From the NCBI GenBank assembly GCA_965247115.1, contig CBDFGR010000003.1:736001-800000 (forward strand): a DNA stretch of 64,000 nt, in the 5' to 3' direction. The notes beneath the pieces are model-generated. The model was not told the DNA's origin and searched no databases. It saw nothing but the letters and a program-made list of their open reading frames with translations. Shown in pieces: positions 36,574-46,700 of the stretch (its first letter is position 1; every line of letters starts with the position of its first letter). The translations under genes were made by a program, and so were the position numbers. Source of the DNA: Myxococcota bacterium (GTDB taxonomy: Bacteria; Myxococcota_A; UBA9160; SZUA-336).

Positions 36574-38498
36574 CAGAGCTCCGCGTCGACGTCGATGTAA
36601 GCGCCGTTCGTATTCGACCGAAAGTGAGACCCGTGCCCAGCAACGAAAGGAGTACCACTCACGTCAACTGCGACCCTAAGACGGTCGAACGGGGCCGTGT
36701 TTCCCAGGGCCAGTGTAATGGCGGTCGACACCACCGCTACCGACAGATGCTGAACCTCAAAGTCTGTTGCACTCGACACACTCGCAGTTGGCTGGACTCT
36801 TTTTGGTCGAAAGAGAAGGACGTAGAACCCTGTGTTGGTGTCCTGACAATAGCCATTAGCCAGAACGTCGTTCGCATCACCATTAATTCGCTCAAAGTAT
36901 CTCACTGAATCACGGAATTCCTCGTCCCAGCTCTTGAACTCGAACTCCGTCGCCCTACGGCCTACTTCCAGCTGGACGCGAGACCAACGCATGTCGGCAG
37001 TCCCGCTGGCCAGCAGATTCGCCTGATTGGAGGTCGCCAGCAGATTTCCTGCCTGCCATCCAACGCTGCCGTGAAATGTCGTTCCGCTAGCGACGGCGAA
37101 TGCAACGCCCAGCCCTATCCCCTCGTCTTGCAACCACGTCCCAGCTACATCCCCCGGGATCACGATGGTCTTGTATTCCCAGGTACTAGCTGCGTCGATC
37201 GTGTACTCGGCGAGGTACGTTCGATCCGCCGCACCGTTATGAAGCGAGACGCAGTACGTCCCGGTCAGCGTAGAGTGCGCCCAGAAGCTCAGTGTTGCGG
37301 TCTTCGCACCAGCAGCGCCATACGCAAGGCGATTGACGATGTGACCTTCGATCCGTTGCTGCCACGCAAAGGCGTCGCCCGCCGCCATGGATGCCTGGGC
37401 GGTATCGACGTCGCAGATCATGGAGTGTTCTGACTGTTCATCCGGCGTCAGCGTGGATTGGTTCAGGTCTATCAGGCCAGCGCCGGATGTGAAGGTAAGC
37501 GCAAAGATTCGATCAGGACCGAAGGCGTTGTTCGCGATCTGGTTGAATGCCGTCCCGCGTTGCCAGAGGTCGAAGTTCCCATTCATGAAGAGGTTGCGAC
37601 CGCGCTCGAGCGGGGCGCCGCCAGACTGCGCCGCTGCGAACTCGACCTTCCCCCACGCGTGGTAGTTCGTGCCGTCGTAGTAGAAGTAGGCGATGTTGAC
37701 CGCGTTCGCGGAGGTGTCCCAGCCAGGCTCGACGCCTCCCTCCCAGCGCACGGTCGCCGGCCAGGTGACAGCCCTCCCACCCGTCGCGTCTTGCGTCATC
37801 CGGACGGCCAGAAGCGCCGGTCCCCTCGGAGCTGTGAAGGTGAAGGACACGGCTTCGGTCAGCGTGATCTTCGCCTTGTGACCGACCTTGAAGTCGATCG
37901 TCGCGGCGCCGCCTGAGAACGTGATGGTCTGCTCGTTCAGCAGTGTCTGCGTGAGCGCGGTATCGAGTTGGTCCGCAAGCTCCCCGAGGAAGGTCAATGC
38001 CTCGAGATCCCCGACCCTCACCTTGTTGAAGTTTAGGAGCGTCGAGAAGTCCGTCACGATGGCGTACTCGCGCTCGTTGAGCGTGGACTCCTGGTAGTTC
38101 CCGGTAAGGGTGAAGTTGTCCGTCCCGATCGTGCTCGAGAGGTAGTAGAGGATTCCGGAGTTCTCGATCGAGAAGGGATCCCCGGCGGCGACGCTCGACG
38201 AGAAATCTAGCCCGTTGGACGCGGTCGCCAGCGTGTCGATGACGACCGTCGTCCCCGACCCTCCCCCCGTAATCGTATCGCCGGCAGCAGGGAGCGCTCC
38301 GGAGGCTCGGTAGAAGAAGAGCTGCGAGCCGCCCGTGTCGTCGCGGACGAAGACGCCAACTCCATCCACACCCCAGGACAGGGCTTCGGCTGCAGTGAAG
38401 GGGCCGCCGACCTTCGAGAGGTAGTCGACCGTCCAGATGTGGCGCACGACAGCCGAGCCGTTCTGGACGCGGACCGTACCTTGGTTGAGCTGTGCCAT
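36573..38498 (-). CDS. Tail fibre/receptor-binding protein
   Basis: QDATGGRAVTWP module; RNLFMNGNFDLWQRGT...VQLEVG...RYFER carbohydrate-binding-like domain. Confidence 0.8.
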   Translation of the reverse strand: MAQLNQGTVRVQNGSAVVRHIWTVDYLSKVGGPFTAAEALSWGVDGVGVFVRDDTGGSQLFFYRASGALPAAGDTITGGGSGTTVVIDTLATASNGLDFSSSVAAGDPFSIENSGILYYLSSTIGTDNFTLTGNYQESTLNEREYAIVTDFSTLLNFNKVRVGDLEALTFLGELADQLDTALTQTLLNEQTITFSGGAATIDFKVGHKAKITLTEAVSFTFTAPRGPALLAVRMTQDATGGRAVTWPATVRWEGGVEPGWDTSANAVNIAYFYYDGTNYHAWGKVEFAAAQSGGAPLERGRNLFMNGNFDLWQRGTAFNQIANNAFGPDRIFALTFTSGAGLIDLNQSTLTPDEQSEHSMICDVDTAQASMAAGDAFAWQQRIEGHIVNRLAYGAAGAKTATLSFWAHSTLTGTYCVSLHNGAADRTYLAEYTIDAASTWEYKTIVIPGDVAGTWLQDEGIGLGVAFAVASGTTFHGSVGWQAGNLLATSNQANLLASGTADMRWSRVQLEVGRRATEFEFKSWDEEFRDSVRYFERINGDANDVLANGYCQDTNTGFYVLLFRPKRVQPTASVSSATDFEVQHLSVAVVSTAITLALGNTAPFDRLRVAVDVSGTPFVAGHGSHFRSNTNGAYIDVDAEL

Positions 38499-38747
38499 CT
38501 ACGGGGTCCTTGCTCTCGGCCTACGGCGGTTCCTGATCTTCGTCTTGATCTGGTCCCTCGTCTGCCCGGTAGCCGTGGCCAATTCGTCGACGAGGACGTC
38601 CAAGACGGCGTACCCTTCTAGGTCCTCGTCTGTGGCATCGGTGGTGAGGAGGAGATTCGCGGTCCACTCCGCCTCGATCTCGTCGATCTCGGCCTGCCTA
38701 AGATTGACGCGAATCCCGTTTACCATCCTGTGAGTGGCGGTGGCCAC
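38499..38747 (-). CDS. Small tail-fibre-associated protein
   Basis: HRMVNGIRVNL...EIDEIEA; lies between fibre genes. Confidence 0.6.
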   Translation of the reverse strand: MATATHRMVNGIRVNLRQAEIDEIEAEWTANLLLTTDATDEDLEGYAVLDVLVDELATATGQTRDQIKTKIRNRRRPRARTP

Positions 38748-38749
38748 GA

Positions 38750-40015
38750 TCAGGGTCCTCCGATCCCGAACAGCCGAATGCGTCCCGAGCTCATGTTGCC
38801 CGAGCTCATCAGGATCCGGATGTCCGTGATCTGGGACCCGCTGCTCTGATTACCGCCAAAGAGCGAAGTCTGCGAGGTGTTGCCCGCCGCGTCCTGCACA
38901 CCCGTCCCGATGATCCCGAAGCACGGTCCTCCTGACGCCATCCCGTATATCTGGAACTTACAGTTCCAGCCCTCGCCCGTAGCCGTGCCCACTCCCTCAT
39001 TCACCGTACTGCCATTGAGGGCAATTGCGGTGGCACTGTTAAGCTGTCGAGTACCCAACCCGAATTCGTTGTGGTTCAGGCACCGCCAACTATACGTAGT
39101 GGTCGTGAGAAAATTGCTGCCACCATCAGTACTGACACGTACCCACACGAACGTATCATCAGTAGCCGGTACAAGATCCTCGATGAAGACCTCATAGGCA
39201 CCGTACCCCTGGTCGATGTCGAAGTCCGCAGTAGCCGTGCTGCTCAGAGCGGTGTTAACGAGTTGCTCGCCCTGAGTCATCTTGATCATCTCGTCCAGGC
39301 TGAGCGTGCCCAACGTGATGCGATCGGCTGTGATGGTTCGGGAGGCTATATCTCCCGCAACGATGGTCGCTGCCGCAATCTGAGTTGTGGTGATCGTTCC
39401 AGCGACGAGCTTTCCACCTGTGATCGTCGCGCTGGCGATGTTGGCGGCCTGAATCGTGTTCGCCGCGATTTGCGTGGTGGTGATCGTCGCGGCCGCGATC
39501 TCTGTGGCAGTGATCGTATTCGCTGCGATCTTGGCGGCGGTAATCGTGTTGGCGGCGATCTCGCCAGCGGTGATCGTGAGGGCCGCGATCTCGGCCGCCG
39601 TGACCGCATTCGCCTGGATCTTGGGCGTGGAGATCGAGTCATCGGCGATCTTCGTCTCGTCGATGATCGGGATGTCCGGGAGCTCGAGAATCGCTGTCGA
39701 GTGCGTGAGCTCGGAGCTGACGTTCAGCAGCGCCGGGGTCTCGGTGAAGTCGTCGTAGGCGGCGACCTTCAGGTAGTAGGTCGTCCCCGGCTCGACATCG
39801 ATGATCGCCGGCTTCGCGTTCCCCCGGTAGACGAGAGTCGTCTCGTCGGTGGCAAAGCCCGGGCTCTTGCTCATCCAGACCAGGATCCCGGCCCAGTCCG
39901 CGTCCACGGGTGTCGCGTAGCGGAGGAAGAGCGTCTCGAACGTCGAGGTGATCTGGACGTTGCTGAGCGCCCGCGGTGCCGGGTTCTGCACCGTCAGGAG
40001 CGTGAACTCGCTCAT
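38750..40015 (-). CDS. Tail tip/fibre protein with FN3-like domain and 10-aa ITAxxIAAxT repeats (possibly the C-terminal part of gpJ)
   Basis: YYLKVAAYDDF; about 10 decapeptide repeats; ATGA overlap with the upstream gene. Confidence 0.75.
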   Translation of the reverse strand: MSEFTLLTVQNPAPRALSNVQITSTFETLFLRYATPVDADWAGILVWMSKSPGFATDETTLVYRGNAKPAIIDVEPGTTYYLKVAAYDDFTETPALLNVSSELTHSTAILELPDIPIIDETKIADDSISTPKIQANAVTAAEIAALTITAGEIAANTITAAKIAANTITATEIAAATITTTQIAANTIQAANIASATITGGKLVAGTITTTQIAAATIVAGDIASRTITADRITLGTLSLDEMIKMTQGEQLVNTALSSTATADFDIDQGYGAYEVFIEDLVPATDDTFVWVRVSTDGGSNFLTTTTYSWRCLNHNEFGLGTRQLNSATAIALNGSTVNEGVGTATGEGWNCKFQIYGMASGGPCFGIIGTGVQDAAGNTSQTSLFGGNQSSGSQITDIRILMSSGNMSSGRIRLFGIGGP

Positions 40016-43000
40016 CCCAAGGCGCCGCGATGTCGATAGCCGACCTGGATCTGGAACTGGCGCAGGATCGTCTTGCCCCGACGCGCAGCGTCCGCTCGCT
40101 GCTTCTCGATCGTGTAGGTGTACTCGGGGTTCCGAACGCTGTCCTCGCGAACGATCTCGTCCGCGCCGGCCAGGTCGACGATCCGGACCAGGTAGGAACT
40201 CCGGGAGTCGAACGGGAGGTCGTCGCCGCCAGGCTGGGCGATCGGGTCAGGGATTCCGTCCGGGGCGTTGAGACGCCACGTGAAGTGCGCGTCCCGCCCC
40301 TCGAAGTCCGTATCGTTCCCTTGCCCCAGGAGCTGCAGGCCCGTCACCTTGAACGTGGGAGTGGGGACTTCCGCGCTATTGAACGAAACCTCCGTCTTCG
40401 TCACGAAGGCAGAGAAGACACCGCCTGGCGAGAGCGAGCGAGCGCGCACGTCGTAGCGGGATCCATCGACCAATGGTCCGATGCGCACGTGGTCCGCAGT
40501 CCCTGGTAAGAGCGGTTCGACCGTCCACTCGCCAGGCAATTCCGGCGGGATCGGGTGCTCACGCCACTGGATCTGCACGTGAGCCGCTTCGATGCCGGTC
40601 TTGGAGGTCGGGATCGAGATCTCCACGAGAAGTCGGTCTCCCGCCACTACAGCGTTGCCAAGCGTCGGGACCGGAGGGGCATCAAACTTGTCGTGGCTGA
40701 TCTGCGACTCGAGCTCCGGGATGGGGCCGGTATCCGAGTCGTAGACAGCCTCGGCGTAGGGGATCAGCACAAGCTTCGCGCGAACTCCGTCGAGCGGCTC
40801 GATGCGCTTGAGGAGCATCGGAAAGGTCCCGATCACGGTCTCCACGACGTAGACCTGGTCCCCGACGACGGGCTGGTCCTCTGTGTTGGGAATCGGTGTG
40901 GAGAAGGTGACGAGCGTCCCCGGGGTCGCCGGGTTCGTGATGCCCTGGAGCGCCGTTGCCCCGGGAGGGCTCGAGGCCGAGAGTTGGAGTCGTGCCGAAT
41001 AGGTCTTCGCCGCCTCGTACTGGATCTCCTCATCGAGCACGACCGACACGACGTCCGTCCCCGAGGTGTTCACGGTCTGGATCCGGCCGTAGCCGACGCC
41101 CACCTTCATGACGTCGTCCACGAGCTCGACACGGTCGCCGACCTGGGCAGTGAGGTATTCCCAGTCCATTTCCCGCTCGACGCGTTCCGAGCGGAGCCGG
41201 CCCTGAGCGATGTGAAAGCGGCCGTGGCGCCAGAGACGGGCCGGGTTGGTCTGTCCCGGCACGCGGATGACCTCGAATTTGGAGGCGACGGTCGTGCCGC
41301 CGGCGCCATCCTCCGAGAAGCCGTCGTCGTACACGACGAGCTCGTCCGGCTCGTACTCCTTCTCCTCGTTCAGGAACGGTAGCTTGACGGCATGGGGCAG
41401 GTCCACGAAGTCCCGCTGGCCTCCCGTCCCGGCTGTGTTCCGGGGAGACACGTGCATCGAGGCGACGGGCTTCTTCTCGTCGATCGCGACGGAGTACTTC
41501 CCGTCGATCTGCGTGAAGAACCCTCGGCCCGCCGACATGATCTGGCGCAGCGACTCGATCCGCCGGCGCTCGACGTCGTGCACGGCGTCGTAGCGCCAGT
41601 TTTCGGCCTCACAGAAGGCCGCCCAGGACTGGAGCTTCGTGAGATCGACCCGCGAGAGAGGCACAGGGCGGGAGTTCGAGGAGCCACGCAGGACCTCGAG
41701 CGCCGCCCAGGCGGGGTTCCCGCCGAACTCGACGAGCGGAGCCGTGATGCCCTCCGCATCCGCGGTCGGGTGGGTGGGGTCGTAGGCGGGCAGCATCGCG
41801 CGCGCGAGGCAGTTAAAACTCTCGATCGTTCCCGAGAGCTGGTCGGTCGCCTTGATGCGCAGCGCGATCTTCGCGAGCCCGTCGAGCTTGATCGGGTCCT
41901 CGCTGCGGATCGAGCGCAGCACGACCCAGATCGCCTCGTCGTTCTCCACCCCAGAGGCCACGGCGGAGAAGGTCGAGCGGACCCGGACGTCGTACTGCCC
42001 CGAGGCCACGTCCCACGTGAACCCGATCGAGAAGGGCGTGTCTGTCTGTCGGACGATCTCCCAGGTGTCATGGATCGCGAGGCCCCCGATGCGGGGCGAG
42101 CCCTGCCCCGCCGGGATGCGCTGGACGCCTGCGGGCGTGCCCTTGATCGAGGACACGTCCTCCCAGGGATCCCCGCTCCCGGTGAGCCGAAACTGCAGCT
42201 CGAACCAGCGCCAGCCGAAGCCGACGGTCCCCCGGTTGTTCCTGCGGCTGAGACCCCGCAAAAAACGGACGTCGACCCCGATCTGGTCCACTGCGATGTC
42301 CGTGGTGCGCGTGTGCCAAGGCCCGCCGATCGCCGCCTGCACGCCGAGCGTCGTCTGGTTGTCCTGGAGCTTGACTCCGACGCCCTCCTCCTCGATCTGG
42401 GACGAGTAGAGCGTGATGGGCGGCGCGCCGGGGAAGCCCTGCCGCACCTCGGTCTCGACGTCGTCGTAGTCGCTGAGCGCGGTCTTCCCGATCCGGAACT
42501 GGTCTTCCGGCAGCTCGAGCGGGCCGAAGCCGGGAACGAACAGCAGCCGGAGGTAGTGGTCGTCGCCGACCACCTCCGTCACCGGGTTCAGGAACCACGG
42601 CTTGATCCGATTCGTGCCGAAGTGGCTCCAGATTGGGCCGCGGTTCGCGAGTTGATTCTTCGCACCTGAGAGTGTCGGGCTACCGCGTTGATCGGTCCCG
42701 TCGCCACCATCGTCTGGGCGTGAGAGGGCGTTGGTGATGAGCTGCGTAGTGAGAGTAAGCGCACCAGCGATGGCTACGTCGACAACGGCCCCCGTGATCG
42801 CTGCGGCGGTTCCACCTTGAGAGAATCCGAAGAGGTTGACCAGGAATGCTGTGATCGGTTCCGAGGCCGGCTGCGCGATGACGCCAACGAGGGATCCTGG
42901 TGCGGGCTTCAGCTCCTCAGCTCCTGGGAGAATCGGAAGATCGTCGATGGCGAATCGCAGCTGACTCGGTGGCACAGTGCCGAAGCCCACATGCTGCGCG

Positions 43001-43119
43001 ATCTCGCGCAGGCTCAGTCCCGGTTCAAGATCGAAAAATGCGCGCTGGGAGGTGAGCGGATGCTCGACCGCTACGACTCTGACCGTATCCGGATGTACTC
43101 GTGGATCATCGGTTCCCAC
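40012..43119 (-). CDS. Host-specificity/central tail tip protein (gpJ-like)
   Basis: ALRIKATDQLSG, NPAW, FN3-like C-terminus; follows NlpC/P60. Confidence 0.88.
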   Translation of the reverse strand: MGTDDPRVHPDTVRVVAVEHPLTSQRAFFDLEPGLSLREIAQHVGFGTVPPSQLRFAIDDLPILPGAEELKPAPGSLVGVIAQPASEPITAFLVNLFGFSQGGTAAAITGAVVDVAIAGALTLTTQLITNALSRPDDGGDGTDQRGSPTLSGAKNQLANRGPIWSHFGTNRIKPWFLNPVTEVVGDDHYLRLLFVPGFGPLELPEDQFRIGKTALSDYDDVETEVRQGFPGAPPITLYSSQIEEEGVGVKLQDNQTTLGVQAAIGGPWHTRTTDIAVDQIGVDVRFLRGLSRRNNRGTVGFGWRWFELQFRLTGSGDPWEDVSSIKGTPAGVQRIPAGQGSPRIGGLAIHDTWEIVRQTDTPFSIGFTWDVASGQYDVRVRSTFSAVASGVENDEAIWVVLRSIRSEDPIKLDGLAKIALRIKATDQLSGTIESFNCLARAMLPAYDPTHPTADAEGITAPLVEFGGNPAWAALEVLRGSSNSRPVPLSRVDLTKLQSWAAFCEAENWRYDAVHDVERRRIESLRQIMSAGRGFFTQIDGKYSVAIDEKKPVASMHVSPRNTAGTGGQRDFVDLPHAVKLPFLNEEKEYEPDELVVYDDGFSEDGAGGTTVASKFEVIRVPGQTNPARLWRHGRFHIAQGRLRSERVEREMDWEYLTAQVGDRVELVDDVMKVGVGYGRIQTVNTSGTDVVSVVLDEEIQYEAAKTYSARLQLSASSPPGATALQGITNPATPGTLVTFSTPIPNTEDQPVVGDQVYVVETVIGTFPMLLKRIEPLDGVRAKLVLIPYAEAVYDSDTGPIPELESQISHDKFDAPPVPTLGNAVVAGDRLLVEISIPTSKTGIEAAHVQIQWREHPIPPELPGEWTVEPLLPGTADHVRIGPLVDGSRYDVRARSLSPGGVFSAFVTKTEVSFNSAEVPTPTFKVTGLQLLGQGNDTDFEGRDAHFTWRLNAPDGIPDPIAQPGGDDLPFDSRSSYLVRIVDLAGADEIVREDSVRNPEYTYTIEKQRADAARRGKTILRQFQIQVGYRHRGALG

Positions 43120-43466
43120 AGACGCGTCCTATACGGCTCGAGCACGGAGCCCGCGGCCTTTCTGGAGTGCAGCATCAGATTCTCTGCCACGACCAGGCCC
43201 AGGTGAGAGATCCAGCCGTGGGCCTTGAAGGTGACGAGATCACAGAGATCCGGGATGTCGACTATCTCGTAGGCCTGAGCCTTGTTCGAGATCAGATCGT
43301 GCAGCGCGGAGCGATCGTCGATGTTGTAGTCGAAGCTTGGAAGGCGGACGCCGAGCTGATCCCCGACGACCAGACGCACGAGCTGCCAGCAATCGGCCGT
43401 TTCAAACGGGATCCCGACGTACTGGCTCACCCATTCGGGCGGATGCCGGGACGGGACCACACTCAA
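43071..43466 (-). CDS. NlpC/P60 tail assembly protein
   Basis: YVGIPF..DCWQLV...HLGL...MLHS. Confidence 0.85.
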   Translation of the reverse strand: MSVVPSRHPPEWVSQYVGIPFETADCWQLVRLVVGDQLGVRLPSFDYNIDDRSALHDLISNKAQAYEIVDIPDLCDLVTFKAHGWISHLGLVVAENLMLHSRKAAGSVLEPYRTRLWEPMIHEYIRIRSES

Positions 43467-43930
43467 AACGCTCCCGGCGTGGTCTTGGGATCAAATCGGT
43501 AGCCGGGATAGGCGTCGTTCAAGAAGTCATCCACGAGGAGGTCGACCTCGACGCCGAGCTCCGAGTACCGCGCCTGGCCCCACTGGAAAAGAAAAGGGCC
43601 GTGCTGGACCGTCGTCGGGTCCGAGATCGAGACGAAGTCGATCTGGGTCGTAGGCGCAGAGGAAGTGCTGCGGATCGCGTCGATCAGATCTCGCAGGACA
43701 TTGTCGACCACGAGCGTGCCGCGTGGCTCCCCCTCGGAGAAGTCGGCAGGCAGCGTGATGGCGACGTTGCGCGCAATCCATGTCTCGCCACCGGGTCCGA
43801 CCACGTCCTCGGTGTTGTCCACCAGCCGCACCGGCTCTGGGAGCTCGTCGTGTGTGATCGTGACGAGGGTCAGGATTCCCTCCGTGGAGCGCGGCTTCAG
43901 CGTCTCCCGGGTGAACGCGTCGGTGGGCAT
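43463..43930 (-). CDS. DUF1833-like minor tail protein
   Basis: LVTITHDELPEPVRLVDNTED...FDPKTTPGAF; synteny. Confidence 0.8.
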   Translation of the reverse strand: MPTDAFTRETLKPRSTEGILTLVTITHDELPEPVRLVDNTEDVVGPGGETWIARNVAITLPADFSEGEPRGTLVVDNVLRDLIDAIRSTSSAPTTQIDFVSISDPTTVQHGPFLFQWGQARYSELGVEVDLLVDDFLNDAYPGYRFDPKTTPGAF

Positions 43931-43932
43931 CG

Positions 43933-44298
43933 CTATGCCGGCAGCCTGACGACAGCGAACTCGATGTTGACGTTGTCGGCCTCGAAGTGGAGCTTGTTGG
44001 TGGTCTGCCTCCAGCCAGAGGTCTTGTAGGGTCCGAAGATCCGGATGCCCGGGCGTCCCCCTACCGCAGCGGGCACAGAGGCGGTGGCATCGCGCGTACG
44101 GTGCAGCGAGTCCGGGATCGACGTGATCGTCACGTTGTGCGCGCCGCCCGTATCGACATTCTGGGCGATGATCATCTCGGTTCCGGTGAGCGCCGTCTCC
44201 TCCTTGTTCGTGACATCGGCCGCGACAAAGGGGAGATTCTTGCCTGTATAGTCGACATTCCCGACTGCAACGACGGCAATGTGATTCTGGCGCAGCAT
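43933..44298 (-). CDS. Hypothetical virion protein, paralog of 47868-48218
   Basis: Full-length similarity to the 47868 protein. Confidence 0.65.
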   Translation of the reverse strand: MLRQNHIAVVAVGNVDYTGKNLPFVAADVTNKEETALTGTEMIIAQNVDTGGAHNVTITSIPDSLHRTRDATASVPAAVGGRPGIRIFGPYKTSGWRQTTNKLHFEADNVNIEFAVVRLPA

Positions 44299-44311
44299 TG
44301 CATGCCCCCCG

Positions 44312-44671
44312 TTACGGCAGGATCAGGAGCGACATGACGCTCTGCCAGATCGGCCCATTGCTGTCTACACCGATGGACGTCCACTCAGACGGAGCCAGGA
44401 AAGCAAACGACACTGTCGTGCCATCGATGGGATCCTTCCAATCGAAGGAGTCAGAGCCCTCTTTCAGCGTCGTGATGTAGAACGTCTTGAAGGTCGACCT
44501 CTGCGCGTTCGTGAGCTTGATCAGCACGCCGGTCGGTTCCGAAGCAACTGTCGCCCGCCGCCTGGTCTTGAATGGTCCCACGGAGACGGGGGAACGCAGA
44601 ACCGCGTCAACCCGCGAGTGTCGGACTCCGACGAATATGTCCTGAGGAAGCGTCGCCGGCCAGGTGGGCAT
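44312..44671 (-). CDS. Distal/minor tail protein
   Basis: WPATLPQ...GPFKTRRR...FY..TLKEGS..FDWKDP; follows tape measure. Confidence 0.75.
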   Translation of the reverse strand: MPTWPATLPQDIFVGVRHSRVDAVLRSPVSVGPFKTRRRATVASEPTGVLIKLTNAQRSTFKTFYITTLKEGSDSFDWKDPIDGTTVSFAFLAPSEWTSIGVDSNGPIWQSVMSLLILP

Positions 44672-46699
44672 TCACCGTCTCGTGGCGCGTCGCGGTACGT
44701 CGAAAGTCTGCTCCATTGTCTGGCCCAGCCGGCCTGTCTGCATGCTCCGTGAAGCGACGCTCTCGATCACGATCTCGATGTCGCGGTCGAAGGCGGACTG
44801 TCGCTCTCGGGCGGACTGCACGTCGACGGGCTGGCCGTTATTGATGACCGTCACATTGAGTCCCCTGCCGCCGCCGCCCGCGAACATGGAGAGCGGAATC
44901 ACAGCTTCCGGCCCACGCTCCCCGATCATCGCAAACGTAGGGCGACGCACAACGCCACCCTCTGCGAGGCCCAAGATCTTGCCCAACGCCCCCACTAGGC
45001 CGCCCGTGCCAGTTCCTCCAGCTCCTCCAGTTGCGGTAGCACCGCTAGAGCCCGCCGCGACGCCGGCCTGGATAAGCCGCTGCGTCGTGATTTGCTTCTC
45101 GATGGCTAGGAGCTCCTTCCGCGTCTGGATCTCGTCCTTGAAGAACTTCCCAAGGGTCCGCTCGATGATGAGCTCCGCTGACTTGGCAGCGATCAGCTGC
45201 AAGACGTTCTGCAGGAGTAGCTGTCCCGCCTCGCCGGCTTCCAAGCTCCCAGACAGAAGACCTTGGAGAGGGCCCTGCACGATGCCCTCGAGGTCGCTTC
45301 GCATCGTTTCGTACTGTTCGATCTGGGTTTCGAGCTCGTCCCTGATGAGCCGATCCGTCTCCGCCTGCCACTCCTTCTCAAGGGTGATCTGTCGCGCCTG
45401 CTCCAGCTGGCCGACGGTTGCGGCTCTCGCGCGTTCGATCTCCGCGGCGCTCTTGCCAGCAGCCTCACCCCACTTCTCGAGCTCCTCGGTGGTCTGCTGG
45501 ACTTTGAATTCGAACTCCCCGATCTCGAGCTTGCGGAGTTCGTCGGCAACCCGCTGGATCGTCGCCTCGAAGCGCTGGGCCGCCTTCTCCTGTTCCTTGC
45601 GGGCACGCCCGAAGGCTTGGATCTCTTTCTCGCTCAGTCCGAGGCCTGCGCTCTCCGGGGCTTCCACCGCCGCGCCCTCGCGCGCACCGAGCCTGCCGCG
45701 AAGATCGTGGAGCTTCCGCTGCGCCTCAAGCTCCTTATTGATCCGATCCTGGACCTCGGCCTTCTGGAAAATCCCGCCGAAGATCCCCACCTCGATCGGC
45801 GGCAGATCCCGCAGTCGCTCGAGCTCGGCCTCGGTCTCGGCGATCTGACGCTTGAGTGCGCTCGTACCGAGAGAATCGAGGTCGCGCATCCCTTCGATCC
45901 AGCGACCAACGGCGACCGCTGCCTCGATCGCGCTTTCAGCCCAGTCGCGGATGGTGTCAGCATTCTCCGCGATCGCGATCGAGGTCTGTATCTGTAGGAC
46001 CTGAGACAGATCGGACAGCTGGTCCTTCGCCTCGACCAGACCGTCGACCATATCCTGAGTCATCACGGCCCCGAGGTCCTGCGCCCGCTGGCGCATCCGA
46101 TTCAGCTCGTCCGAGCCGTTTTGCAGGACCTGGATCAGCCGCACGCCCTCGGAGTCGAAGAGCTTGAAGGCGAGGCGCACGCGTTGCGTCGGATCCTCGA
46201 CCTGGGAGAGCGCGTCTGCGACCTTGCCGAGAGCGTCCTCGGCCGAGAGATTCGATGCGACCAGGTCCTCTCCGAGAATGGCCTCGAGCTCTTTCAGGGC
46301 AAAGAGCGCCTCACCAGTGCCCCGACGGGCTTCGCCCAGACGACGCGTGAAACGCTGCATGCCCATGTCGAACGTGCGGATATCCACACCCGCACGCTGG
46401 GCGGCAAAGCGAAGCTCCTGGAGCGCCTCGACATTGATCCCGAGTCGCTTCGAGGCTTTGTCGATCGAGTCCGCGAGCTCAAACGCGCGCTTCGTAGCGA
46501 CAGCGAAGCCCGCACCTATGACGGCAGCGCCGGCGGCGATGACGCTGGCCGGTATGGCGGCTTTCCCGAGAGCCCTCCCGATCCGAGACATCCGGCCCTT
46601 CGCCCCGTCCAGCTCTCGCTCCACGAGCCGCAGCTGTCGCGTGAAGGGCTTCTTGTCGAGGCCCAGGACCGCGACCATGCTACCGACCGGGGTTGGCAT
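44672..46699 (-). CDS. Tail tape measure protein
   Basis: Long helical Ala/Glu-rich ORF, LQELRFAA repeats, GERGPEAVIPL. Confidence 0.9.
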   Translation of the reverse strand: MPTPVGSMVAVLGLDKKPFTRQLRLVERELDGAKGRMSRIGRALGKAAIPASVIAAGAAVIGAGFAVATKRAFELADSIDKASKRLGINVEALQELRFAAQRAGVDIRTFDMGMQRFTRRLGEARRGTGEALFALKELEAILGEDLVASNLSAEDALGKVADALSQVEDPTQRVRLAFKLFDSEGVRLIQVLQNGSDELNRMRQRAQDLGAVMTQDMVDGLVEAKDQLSDLSQVLQIQTSIAIAENADTIRDWAESAIEAAVAVGRWIEGMRDLDSLGTSALKRQIAETEAELERLRDLPPIEVGIFGGIFQKAEVQDRINKELEAQRKLHDLRGRLGAREGAAVEAPESAGLGLSEKEIQAFGRARKEQEKAAQRFEATIQRVADELRKLEIGEFEFKVQQTTEELEKWGEAAGKSAAEIERARAATVGQLEQARQITLEKEWQAETDRLIRDELETQIEQYETMRSDLEGIVQGPLQGLLSGSLEAGEAGQLLLQNVLQLIAAKSAELIIERTLGKFFKDEIQTRKELLAIEKQITTQRLIQAGVAAGSSGATATGGAGGTGTGGLVGALGKILGLAEGGVVRRPTFAMIGERGPEAVIPLSMFAGGGGRGLNVTVINNGQPVDVQSARERQSAFDRDIEIVIESVASRSMQTGRLGQTMEQTFDVPRRATRR

Positions 46700-46700
46700 C

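Noticed and set aside
39340..39640. CRISPR array or non-coding tandem repeat
   Set aside because: The 30-bp periodicity is degenerate and encodes decapeptide repeats of a tail protein; no spacers or cas genes.
36573..40015. Diversity-generating retroelement targeting tail fibres
   Set aside because: No reverse transcriptase and no template/variable repeat pair with adenine-specific mismatches seen in the window.
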